A stretch of DNA of 28,478 nucleotides from Octopus sinensis (GCF_006345805.1 NW_021833541.1:1-28478); one strand, 5' to 3'; positions 1 through 10,410 are shown, counted from the stretch's first letter. Numbers and translations are program-made. The notes: generated from the letters alone by a model not told the origin.

Positions 1-1128
1 ATAGAGCATCGCGTGTTTGCCCACGACAGTTATTTGAAGAATAACAAGTCTGTCACAGCAGTTCAGCATGATGAGTTTCGGCGCCACTTCAGCATTCACC
101 GAAATCCCACGCGCTGGGATTACGTTGGGTGTATACGTTTCGTGCACGAGGTACACTAATGAATAGGAGACCGGTGGGGGCGCCACGAACCGTAAGAACC
201 CCGGGAAATGCGGAACGCATCATACAAGCTTTGATACGGAGTCCGAATCGCTCTGCTCGGAGACTTTCCACTGAACTTGGCATCGGTAATCGTATTTTGC
301 ATGAAGACCTGTATTTCCACCCCTGTATTTTCATTCGGCCACAATTGAAACCATGGGACTATGCACAGTGGCTTAACTTCGCACGTCAAATGGAAGCAAT
401 TTTTGAGGCAAATAACAACCTCATTTTGTTAATGAGTGATAAAGCTCATTTCATCTCAATGACATGGTGAATCAACAGAACTGATGTTATTGGGATCTTG
501 AAAATCAGAGAGAACTTCACAAAAGATCGATGCGCAGCCCAAAAATGACCTTCGGGTGTATTGTTGGAAAACGCTGCTGTCACTGATCCTTATTTTTTAA
601 AGACAATAATGGAAATGCTGTTATTGTGAACTCCGAGCGTTACATCGAGTTGATAAACTTCTTTGTGCCTGAATTACAACGAAAACGTATGCCTACTTAG
701 TGTGTGGTTTCAGCAGGATGGGGCGACGGCCCACACAGCCAGAGAATCAACGGACATTCTTTGCCCTCTCTTCAGTGACTTTCTTTGGCCCCCTCGGTCC
801 CCTGATTTCTCCACGTGTAACTATTTCTTGTGGAGAAACTGCAAGGCACGTGTGTATGCGCATAAGCCCCGTACATTGGACGATTTGAAGGAAGTTATTT
901 GCCTGGAAGTCGCCCAAAGCGACAGAGCGAGGCTGGAGAGAGTGAAGGCCGACTTCCAAGAACGTCTTCAGAAATGCATCAATGAAAACGGACACCACAT
1001 GATGGATGTTGCTTTCCATACTTGATTTTGGCAAATGCTATTTCAATACACACACATTGGTGTGTCAATAAAATTTGTTTGCAGCTAAAATTAATTATTT
1101 CGTTTTTGAAAACATCTGCCCCACCCAG

Positions 1129-1130
<2 letters not shown>
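1..1130 (+). mobile_element. Degenerate Tc1/mariner DNA transposon, probably DD41D (rosa/Visitor-like); 5' end lies outside the window
   Basis: Frameshifted transposase pieces: N-terminal HTH-like IEHRVFAHDSYLKNNKSVTAVQHDEFRRHF (frame 1), SPNRSARR...LHEDL.FHP, MSDKAHF (first catalytic D), WFQQDGATAHTA (second D at 717-719), WPPRSPDFSTCNYFLW (third D read as N), KARVYAHKPRTLDDLKEVI...RLQKCINENGHH; stop at 1025. Ends ...CTGCCCCACCCAG followed by TA at 1129-1130. Confidence 0.9.
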
Positions 1131-1173
<43 letters not shown>

Positions 1174-1182
1174 ATATATATA
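1131..1182. repeat. (TA)n microsatellite
   Basis: Directly visible. Confidence 0.95.
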
Positions 1183-1185
1183 CTT

Positions 1186-1378
1186 AATATAGGGAGAGTT
1201 CACGAAAAAAAAAAGACAAAGACAGGCGGTGTACAAAACAAACAGATGTATTAGTATAACGCTTAGGAATAGGAAAAGTCTTTTACGTTTCGAGCTTACG
1301 CTCTTCTACAGAAAAGGACACAGAAAAAACAAGGAGAGAAACAAGGAGAGAAAAAAATGTGTGTAGGGGCTAACGATC
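1186..1378 (-). mobile_element. Probable Penelope-like pseudo-LTR fragment with a hammerhead-like core
   Basis: Minus strand of 1280-1316 reads TTTT-CTGTAGA-A-GAGC-GTAA-GCTC-GAAA-CGTA-AAAG, the layout of minimal type I hammerheads in Penelope pLTRs. The fragment lies between TA/TATC tracts. Family assignment is inference. Confidence 0.5.
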
Positions 1379-1489
1379 TATCTATCTATCTATATATATA
1401 TATACATATATATGTTTTGCTCATTTTCCTGCTTTCATCTCACACCTGATCTCTAACCTTGTTTTTCTAGAAGTTCTATTCTCTTCATT

Positions 1490-1642
1490 TATCTTTCTAT
1501 CTCTCTTCCTCTCTATCTCTCCCTTTCTCTATCTCGCCCACTCTCTAACTCTCTCTCTCCTCTTTTTCTCCATCTCTCCTTTCTCTCCTCCTTCTCTCTC
1601 CTTTCTCTCCTCTCTCCTTCCGTGCTCTCTTCTCTCTCTCTC
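1490..1642. repeat. CT-rich low-complexity tract
   Basis: Directly visible pyrimidine-rich (CT)n-like sequence. Confidence 0.85.
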
Positions 1643-2405
1643 ACAGTCGTCTTATATAAGTCGTAAGTCTATTTAAGTCTTCTTGGAATCCTTTAATCAA
1701 AACTTTGTCCCTATTCCTACGTCATAGAGTAGCAGTTATCCCTTAAGCTCTAGTTTCAGTCACTAAACACCGCTAAGCATTTTCTCATCACGTCAGTAGG
1801 GTTTCAAAACCACTCATAACAGTTAGCCGACGTCTGATGATGGACCAATTTTTATTTACACGGCATTGTGCTCAGGCTGTACATTGTCCATTTTACCATC
1901 TATTTAAGCAGCATCTAACTATTATCCTTTCTTCCGTCTTTTCGTGTAAACTCTTCTTAAAACACTGCCATCGTTTTCATTTCTTCCACCGACCCGAATG
2001 TGTGTCTTCTTTATTTTACTAATTCATCTGGACCTTCTCTTTTTCCTTCCTTTGTATACATTTTTCGTGTGTATACCTATTTCTTTACTACCCACAAGGG
2101 GCTACACACAGAGGGGACAAACAAGGACAGACAAACGGATTAAGTCGATTATATCGACTCCAGTGCATAACTGGTGCTTATTTAATCGACCCCGAAAGGA
2201 TGAAAGGCAAAGTCGACCTCGGCGGAATTTGAACTCAGAACGTAACGGCAGACGAAATACGGCTACGCATTTCGCCCGGCGTGCTAACGTTTCTGCCAGC
2301 TCGCCTTTTCGTGTGTATACATACACACACGTGCGCATAATTGGTGAGTGTTTATGGGCTGTGATAAAAGATACTTGTCCGAAACGCTATGCTGTGTAAT
2401 AAAAA
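1641..2405 (+). mobile_element. Possible Penelope-like terminal-repeat remnant interrupted by a SINE
   Basis: CTGATGA-T-GGAC at 1834-1845 and GTCC-GAAACGC at 2377-2387, followed by AATAAA at 2398-2403. No coding remnant recognised. Confidence 0.3.
2077..2305 (-). mobile_element. tRNA-derived SINE, family A, full length
   Basis: Minus strand starts GGCGAGCTGGCAGAAACGTTAG (A-box-like), has B-box GAGTTCAAATTCC and central GCCTTTCATCCTTTCGGGGTCGA. Perfect 15-bp TSD TTTTCGTGTGTATAC at 2062-2076 and 2306-2320. Near-identical copies at 11168-11585. Confidence 0.93.
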
Positions 2406-2489
2406 CCGAGTCTTCATGATTACTGAGTTAAATCTCCTATTTAACCACGACGCCATACCACGCTCCGTTTGCTTTATGCTACTTTAAAC

Positions 2490-2704
2490 ATAACGACATA
2501 TATAAACGCATACATACTCTTAAACGTATAGTCATCATACATACATACAGGTATGTATGTATGCATGTAGGTACGAAACTATATACGTTTGCATGTGTGT
2601 GTTTATACGTATAGTCTATATGTGTGTATTTCTGAATGCATATATTTTTACATTTATGCAAGTGCATACGTATATGTTTATGTATTTATGCGAGTATATA
2701 TATG

Positions 2705-2736
<32 letters not shown>

Positions 2737-2910
2737 TGGTTGTGTGTGTGTGTGTAAGTATATATATATATCGATGTTTGTACGTATATGTGTGTGTCTC
2801 TGTGTCTGTGTGTCTGAACATATATGTATGTAAGCGATTGTATGTATTGTATATACACGCAGATGTGTCTATTTTTGTGCATATATATTTATGTGTCGAC
2901 GTGTATATAT
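2490..2910. repeat. Compound TATG/TG/TA microsatellite region
   Basis: Directly visible; source of the YVCM/HTHT pseudo-ORFs. Confidence 0.85.
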
Positions 2911-3312
2911 GTGACTGTCCACACAGCGCTGCAGGTAATAACATAAGTGGCCGATATCGCTTCTAACCACAGTTTTATATTGTTAAGTAAATGTTATTAA
3001 TGTAGGAATAATCTATCACCATTTCAGGTAAACAGTCGGCATTCAGCATCGCAAGCGCCGCCGCCGCCAACGCCAACGCCAACGCCGCATCACCAGCGCC
3101 ACCACCACCAGCATTCTTTCCGCTTTCTATGTCTGCATTTGCCTCAAGACGAAAGAGTAGTGTTGTTGTTGTTGTTTTTTGTTAATGCCGGTGATGATAT
3201 TGTCGATTAGCTCTAGTTCAGCAATATCGTCGAAGTCGTTCCAAATGTGACCACCCTATCTTTTTCATATGTGCAAATAACCTGGGAGCACTTTCCAAAC
3301 GACTTCTTTCGT

Positions 3313-3608
3313 AAATGGTAGTGTGTGGTTGTGTGTGTTTGTGTATGTGTGGATGTCTGTGTGTCTGTGTGTCTGTCTGTGTGTGTATATATTTGTGTGT
3401 CTCTCTGTGTCTGTCTCTCTGTGTCTGTGTGTGTCTGTGTGTGTGTGTATGTCTGTGTCTGTCTGTGTGTCTCTCTCTCTGTCTCTGTGTCTGTCTGTGT
3501 GTCTGTGTGTGTGAGTGTATGTGTGTGTGTGCGCGCGCGTGCGTGTGTAAGTGTGTGTGTGTGTGTGTGTGTGTGCGTGCGTGTGTGTGTGTGCGTGTGT
3601 GTGTGTGT
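3313..3608. repeat. Compound (TG)n/(TGTC)n microsatellite
   Basis: Directly visible. Confidence 0.92.
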
Positions 3609-4218
3609 GATTTTGGCTTTTAGATCTTGCTGATTGAAAATATATGTAGAAGTTCCCTGGTTGGCCTGTAGAGCTGCGGAGTTTTTCCTGGAAGCGACCA
3701 CCACCAAGGATAACGACAGCCCCACCAATCCAACAACACTAACATCACCACCAACAACAATATCAAATCGCCACAGCCTTCAGTGATGACAGAAGGACAC
3801 TGAAGACATAGTCTCAACAACACGATCCGGTCATGGATGTCTTGGACACTGCAGTCTCTGACCTTGCTTTGTCTGATTTTGAACACACATCAACAATGTC
3901 TTTCAATACGAATATGGCCACCACGTTTATTATTTATTTGCTGTCCATACCCACAGCAACCCACATTTAGCAGTTCTACAGCACACAGATTGTTGTGTGA
4001 TCCTAGGTAATCTTACAGCACGCAGGTCACACCTGATCCACCAACCCCATAATATGCAGGCAGCTTTTGTTTAGCCCCAGGTCTCTTAGGCTCCTACAGT
4101 CCTATAATGGTCGTTGTTATTGTATAACCCAGGGTCGGTTCTGATCAAGTTGGTTCGTAATACAAATGCAGCTGGCCAAACGTCCAGGCTGATCATACAG
4201 ATCCTGAAAACCAGCATT

Positions 4219-4347
4219 TTGGTGGTGGTGGTGGTGGTGGTGGTGTGGTGGTGGTGGTGGACTTCGTGGTTGTTGTAGTTATTGTTGTTGTTGTGGTGGT
4301 GGTGGTCTTCGTGGTTGTTTTCGTTTTTGTGGTGGTGCTGCTGCTGC
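4219..4347. repeat. (GGT)n/(GTT)n/(GCT)n compound trinucleotide repeat
   Basis: Directly visible. Confidence 0.9.
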
Positions 4348-4713
4348 TTTGTTTGTTTGTTGAGCGAAGCGGTCTTCATCCCTGTAGTGGGAGAAATCCG
4401 AAACGTAGTCCTTTGCTATTCGTAAGACCCGCAGAAGAGAAAGCAGGTCAACCCCCGACACCGAAGGCATCGACGGACGGATGAATGCGCATCCAGGCTC
4501 AGCGGTTGGGTAGGAAGTCGGGGACAAGAAACAGGAAGAGAAAGTTGGGACGAAAGAGTACAACAGGGGTCGCTACCAACCCCTGCCGGAGCCTCGTGGA
4601 GCTTTTAGGTGTTTTCGCTCAATAAACACACACAACGCCCGGTCTGGGAATCGGAACTGCGATCCTCCGACCGCGAGTCCGCTGCCCTAACCATTGGGCC
4701 ATTGCGCCTCCAC
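4348..4713 (-). mobile_element. tRNA-derived SINE, family B head with tail type 3 and (AAAC)n end
   Basis: Minus strand GTGGAGGCGCAATGGCCCAATGGTTAGGGCAGCGGACTCGCGG...CGATTCCCAGACCGGGCG. The head and core (4537-4713) match 12107 and 21452 but the 3' part differs. Ends in AACAAACAAACAAA. Confidence 0.9.
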
Positions 4714-4862
4714 CATTGTTGTTGTTGCTTTTAGTGGTGGTGGTGGTGGTGGTGGTGGTGGTGGTGGATGGTGGTGGTGGTGGTGATGGTGGTGGTGTTT
4801 TTGGTGGTGGTGGTCTTCGTGGTTGTTTTTGTTTTTGTGGTGTTGGTGCTGGTGGTGGTTGA
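4714..4862. repeat. (GGT)n/(GTT)n compound repeat
   Basis: Directly visible. Confidence 0.9.
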
Positions 4863-5406
4863 GGTGGGTGGGGTTAGAGGTAGTAATAGTGTTGCTAGTT
4901 GGTTCTACTGCCAATCACTCTTCATAGTTTCTTCCCTAATCTTATGTCGGGCGTCTTTTTATTCAGTTATCTGTTATGAGGGGCGGATTGGCTGTTATAT
5001 CTAACAACTGAAGTGGACTAGTAGAAGCTTCATCTATAACTAATAAAATATACAAAACTTCATAATGTCTCACAAACACCAACGACCCCAACCATCGCCA
5101 CCCCCATCACCCCCATACGTATTATCGACTGGTTTTACTTGTTACTTGTTTTGCCTAATCACATATGAGTGAGGATTGATTGTTATTTCTAAGCCTGTTG
5201 ATCGATCCCGAAAACTTTCCCATGTCAGTCGGTTCACTGATGCAATCTCACCAGATAAATATGGGCTTTATTTCTCTTCTTTACTTTCTAAAACGCAACA
5301 CTAAATAATCCCAGCTTTTTGCAACACCGACAACTAAGGATCTACTTCGTTCATTTTCACTGATACACTTTGGTACAGCCCGCTATTCACCAGCTTCCAA
5401 GTATAT

Positions 5407-5433
5407 ATGTGTGTGCGTGTGTGTGCGTGTGTG

Positions 5434-5500
<67 letters not shown>
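5407..5500. repeat. (GT)n microsatellite
   Basis: Directly visible. Confidence 0.95.
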
Positions 5501-5501
<1 letters not shown>

Positions 5502-5503
<2 letters not shown>

Positions 5504-5719
5504 TTGTAGAGCTGAAAAAGAAGTAATTTCTACTCTTCTCCTCTGGAAGCCATCTACTCGCAATACCAGAGGGCGCACACTCTCCTACCCTGATGTAATC
5601 TCCAGGGATACAGGCATCCAGCAACAGGACCTCCGTAATACCATGATGGACCGTGAAGTCTGGCGTAGCATGGTAAATTCCATTGTCTCGACCACGATCG
5701 AACAATGATGATGATGATG
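5502..5719 (+). mobile_element. 5'-truncated 3' end of an RTE-group LINE
   Basis: Reads CCRAEKEVISTLLLWKPSTRNTRGRTLSYPDVISRDTGIQQQDLRNTMMDREVWRS..., the RTE/RTEX-type C-terminus (LLW.P...RGR...Y.D...RDTG...L...M.DR..WR). The stop runs directly into a (TGA)n tail at 5706-5719. Confidence 0.82.
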
Positions 5720-5954
5720 TGTGTTTGTGCGCGCGCGTAAAACTTACATCGTAGATTTATAAGCAGGGATAATCTAGCTATTTCTCTATAGATTAAAAAA
5801 AAACGGTGATCAACCTTCATCGATTTTCGAATCTTATTGGATTCTCACCCGAGGTGCCTAATCCCAGAGAATAAGCATCCAATCTGTTTATATACTCAAC
5901 AATTACAGTAGCTACAGAAAGCTACAACTCCTAATTTGCATACCGTGTTAACAC

Positions 5955-6175
5955 AGGCGCAGGCGTGGCTGTGTGGTAAGGAGTTTGCCTCCCAACTATA
6001 TGGTTCCGGGTTCAGAAGGTGTCTTCTACTATAGCCTAGTACCGACTAGAACCTTGTGACTGGATATGATAGATGGAAACTGAAAAGAAGCTCGTCGTAT
6101 CCATATGCGTATATGTCTTTGAGTCTGCGTTTGACCCCACCATAGCTTGACAACTGGTGTTGGTTTAGTCCGTCA
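5955..6175 (+). mobile_element. tRNA-derived SINE, family C, older diverged and internally deleted copy
   Basis: AGGCGCAGGCGTGGCTGTGTGGTAAG (A-box), GGGTTCAG (B-box start), GTGTCTTCTACTATAGCC and GGAAACTGAAAAGAAGC, all matching 26158 and 28035. Confidence 0.85.
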
Positions 6176-6569
6176 GCATGCCTGTCATCCCTTATGCCCT
6201 TGTCACAAGGCTCTGCTTCCACACACACACACCAGCTTAATTTAATTTGTCCTAAGTCGAAAGATATCTGTTGTTATGTCGGTTATTTGCATTTGTATTT
6301 GTGTACCATTTCTCCTTTTTTTCCGTCCTTATTTTCACATACATTCGCTGCTTTCTTCCAAGGAATCTAGCGCGCTTAGCTTAGTTTTCCTTTGGGGCTG
6401 GCCAGTTTGGAGCAATCTCGAGTATAACAAGCCAAAATTGCAAAGATAATCTGTAACTCGACTAAGGAAAGAAAACTCCGAATGACCCGTCCGTGTTTTT
6501 CTTGATCCTTTTTGTATCATTATCATCTAACTGTGGATTTTTGCGTTCTTGTCCCTTTTTTGTATTCCT

Positions 6570-6574
6570 ATATA

Positions 6575-6632
<58 letters not shown>
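6570..6632. repeat. (TA)n microsatellite
   Basis: Directly visible. Confidence 0.95.
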
Positions 6633-6634
<2 letters not shown>

Positions 6635-6642
6635 ATATTATA

Positions 6643-6768
6643 TATTTACTTGTTTCAGTAATTTTAACTGTGGCCATGCTGGACCAGTGCCTTTTAGTCG
6701 AAGAAATCGATCCCTGAACTTATTCTTTATAATCCTGGTACTTATTCTATCGATATCTTTTACCGACC
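6643..6768 (-). mobile_element. 3' tail fragment of family C SINE
   Basis: Reverse complement matches the tail of the 26158/28035 copies (GATAGAATAAGTAC...AAAGAATAAG...TCGAT..TTCGACTAAA...CAGCATGGCCACAGT...CTGAAACAAGTAAA). Confidence 0.85.
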
Positions 6769-8330
6769 AGGTTGTGATTCGGTTCTCTTCTGCAAAGTAC
6801 ACCACTGAATACATTGATCTACAAAAGGGAATTGCAATGGGTTGTGCCATCTCCCCAATCCTTTTTGTGATGGTCATGGAGATCATACCGAGGGGCTTAA
6901 AGCACAGGTTCAACTAAGGAGAAGTAAAACTAAGAACGTTCATTGATGATCTCAACATTATGCAGTAGAATATCAACGTTGCCAGAGACGTATTGAATAG
7001 ATTGTCCGAACCGATCAGCTGGAGTCAGATGACCTTTAAACCGAAAAAGAGCAGATCTCTTTCCCTGAAGGGTGGATCGCTCGTAAATTTGGTTTTCAGC
7101 ATCGGTGGAGATGCCAACTGTTCGTGAGCAAGGGGTCAAAAGCCTGGAAAGATGGTACAGCTTTCCCCTTACAGACAGGCATCGAGGTGTTTAACTGCAG
7201 AAGCAGGCAGAGTCAGGGCTAAAATGCATTGATCATGCAAGTTTGGCAGAGAAGTTCAAGGTGTGGTGCATGCATTTTGGATTGCTCCCAAGACTGTTGT
7301 GGCCCATAAATGTGTATGAAATTTCTCTAACGAGGATTGAGAGAATTGAACGGAAGATCAATAAGATGGTAAGGAAGTGGCTTTACCTTTTGAAGTGCCT
7401 GTCATCTGTCGCCCTTTATGGCAACCTGGATAGGCTCCAGATGCCCCTGACATCACTAGTAGATGAGTACATAGTCTCCAAGGAGCGCCTGCAATCGATG
7501 CTGTCTGAGTCAAGGGACACGGTGATTCAGGACAATCCACCAGATTTGAACACTGGTAGGATGTGGGAGGTCACTGAGGTGATGCGGCAGCTTGATGAGA
7601 TGACCCAGCATGCTGAAGTGCATGGAGTGATGATAGACGGCAGGGCTGCTGTGGGTTTTATCAAGAGAGAGCAGTTCTGGTCTGAGTCAAGTGAACAAGA
7701 ACATCGGAAGCTGCATGATCAACAAGTAAGACAGCTGGAAAATGAGAGGCATCTGTGTCACGCAGCGCAACAAGCACAGCAAGATCAGTGGCTGAATTGG
7801 GATGATATCGAAAAGCTGGAGTTGAAGTGGTCTGATCGGTGGCGAGTGAGTGCAGGGCATTTGCAAGCTCTGATCCGGACTGCGTATGATGTGCATCTGT
7901 CTCCACCAATCTCAAAACAATGGGGTATCCAAGAGAGTCAACAGTGTCACTTGCGCAGGAAGTATGGCAGCCTCAAACACATGCTATCAGCTTGCCCAAA
8001 GGCACTCCAGTCAGGATGGTATACATTTGGACATAATTTAGCGCTAAACGTTGTTGCTTCAGCTGCAAGAGAGGGTCAAGTGCCTGAAATGAGCTTGCGC
8101 AAGATAGCATTTGTGAAGCAAGGTGTGAGGCCAAATAGACAGAGACCTCGGCAGGCCGAAGACAAAAAGTGGGAGCTGTTCGTAGACAAGCCATTGCCTG
8201 AAAGCATCGTTGTGTCAGCACTCCGATTTTGGTAGATGAGGGTCAAAGACGTGTGGTCCTTGGGGTGTTTACTGTGCCATGGGAGGAGAGCATAGCTGAG
8301 GCCCATGACCGGAAGCTGTTGGACGATGTG
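6769..8330 (+). mobile_element. Degenerate non-LTR retrotransposon of the restriction-like endonuclease (RLE) group, HERO-like; 5'-truncated
   Basis: RT motifs QKGIAMGCAISPILF (6822-6864), FIDD (6939-6950), W..MTFKPKKSRSLSL, VKSL.RWY; thumb KFKVWCMHFGLLPRLLWP..VYE; CCHC knuckle C-HL-(R)-x7-H-x4-C at 7945-7995; after a frameshift, LR(P)ILV...TVPWEESIAEAHDRK (RLE PD..E..K remnant). Multiple stops and frameshifts. Confidence 0.85.
7243..8235 (+). pseudogene. Longest open frame (330 codons) of the HERO-like element: thumb, linker and zinc knuckle
   Basis: From the ORF track; begins at TTG inside the RT region, so it is a fragment of the retroelement ORF and not a host gene. Confidence 0.8.
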
Positions 8331-8420
8331 AAGGGGCCAAATCGTTTAGTAAGCACAGTGTTTAGCTGGAGATAATGAGTATTGTCAATGTGGAGGTCTT
8401 GCAGAAAGTCAAATAATTAG

Positions 8421-8422
<2 letters not shown>

Positions 8423-8489
<67 letters not shown>

Positions 8490-8491
8490 TG

Positions 8492-8563
<72 letters not shown>
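8423..8563. repeat. (AAT)n microsatellite, about 47 units, one GAT interruption
   Basis: Directly visible. Confidence 0.97.
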
Positions 8564-8764
8564 GCAGCAACAACAACAATAATAATAAAATTACTCATCA
8601 TGATGATGATGATGATAATGTTGGAGTGGTTTGTTTGACATGAGTTGTGACTGAAGAGAATCTTTCTAATGAACACATTGAAAGGTGTTGCGATCGTCTG
8701 CATTTGTTGTTGGAGAGAGATGGGGGTGAGGGGAGGGGAGAAGGGCAAAATAAATAAACTTCAT

Positions 8765-8811
8765 CTAAACAATAAACTAGAACATACTAAACAATAAACT
8801 AGAACATACTA
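8765..8811. repeat. 22-bp perfect tandem duplication CTAAACAATAAACTAGAACATA
   Basis: Two adjacent copies at 8765-8786 and 8787-8808. Confidence 0.9.
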
Positions 8812-8822
8812 CAGGTATGTAT

Positions 8823-8859
<37 letters not shown>

Positions 8860-9105
8860 TATGCATGTATGTAAATATACACATGCATACACACATATAT
8901 AGATATACCATCATGTATACATATATGTATATATGAGTGTGTGAGTGTGTGCATGAGTGCATGAATATATACACATATACATATTGAAACATATATATAG
9001 AGAGATATAAATTTATGCATAAATATATCAACACACGTATGTTTATTTACGTATATATACATACATATGTATGTGTGTGTGAGCGTGTGTGTATACCTTC
9101 ATACA

Positions 9106-9145
<40 letters not shown>

Positions 9146-9358
9146 GAACCTATACATGTGCATGTGTATGGATATATATAAATAAACAGTCGTATATGCG
9201 TAACCTGTGTGTAATATATTTAGGTACGCGTGAGTACATATATATTTACATGCAATACGCATTATATATATATATATATATACGTATATATATATTCATA
9301 TAATATATATATACACATACAAACCCATGAATAAATACATACATATACATATATCATT

Positions 9359-9378
9359 GTGTGTGTGTGTGTGTTGTG

Positions 9379-9473
<95 letters not shown>

Positions 9474-9484
9474 TGTGTGTGTGT
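9359..9484. repeat. (GT)n microsatellite
   Basis: Directly visible. Confidence 0.95.
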
Positions 9485-9951
9485 GACTTTCTAAATTTTT
9501 CATCAGTAGCTATAATCTTGGAGAACTTTGGTCTGACACGAATAATTCTTGAAAATCTTTCTTGTTTCTTTCCGATCTTTCTGCCTCTGTTTCACAGGAA
9601 CCGTTTGATTCGATTGCTGAAGGCGTCTCGACTGAATTTCATGTCAATTATTCGCCATGATGGCTTGCAAAAGAATTAACCAACACAAACAATAGAATCA
9701 TTAGCGAAAAGTAACAGGTATTCAAACAAGCCGTAGGTCTCTACATGCACACATGCACACACACAATAAACATAAATATATCGTTATAAACCTGTATATA
9801 TACATATATATATGTGTGTGTGCGTATGTACATATATATATATGTAAAAAAACACATCTCTATGCGTACACGCGCACACACATTTGAGAATAGTTAGGTA
9901 GACATATGTATATATTTATTCTTGTGTATACAAATGTGATGTGTATCAACT

Positions 9952-10212
9952 GGCCTTGCTCTCTTTAACACCTAGCGAAGAGACATAAGCAGAGCAAAAG
10001 TCTCATAACTTTCAAGCGGACCCTGGGCGAATATCTCCAACAAATTCCAGATAAACACCCTCCAACTAGACATACCCCTGCCACCAAAAACTCTTTACTC
10101 GAATGGAGTCCCAAAGAATATTTGTAATATGAAACATCGTTAAATGTCTTTTCCGGGTGACGCCATAAAGTTAGGCATGGCCTGCGACAATTCTGACCGA
10201 AACTTATCTAAG
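9952..10212 (+). mobile_element. 3' end fragment of a CR1-group (CR1/L2/Crack-like) LINE
   Basis: Reads GLALFNT* then SLITFKRTLGEYLQQIPDKHP...KNSLLEW, the C-terminal pattern GP.LFN...FK..LD.FL..IPD.P....NSL..W, followed by a probable 3' UTR. Confidence 0.7.
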
Positions 10213-10269
10213 AACGTTACTGTGCGTGTGCATGTGTATATGTGTGTGTGTATATATATATGTGTGTGT

Positions 10270-10319
<50 letters not shown>

Positions 10320-10410
10320 TGCGTGTGTGTCTCTGTATGTATATGTGTGCAGTCATTTACACTTTTATTCGTCCCAAACATAGAAACCAGTAAAAGTGTT
10401 GCAGGTGCTT

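Noticed and set aside
2479-3728. ORF-track proteins rich in VC, HT, YI or poly-amino-acid runs (also 8362-9679, 14223-15042, 16904-17242, 19444-20839, 23342-23640, 27127-27781)
   Set aside because: They are translations of microsatellites, which lack stops in some frames.
3650-4200. Possible host exon in unique sequence
   Set aside because: All frames I read have stops within about 50 codons and no recognisable protein motif.
6330-6550. Possible Penelope-like or other repeat fragment
   Set aside because: It resembles a repeat I recall from octopus sequence, but there is no second copy, coding remnant or canonical ribozyme core in this window.
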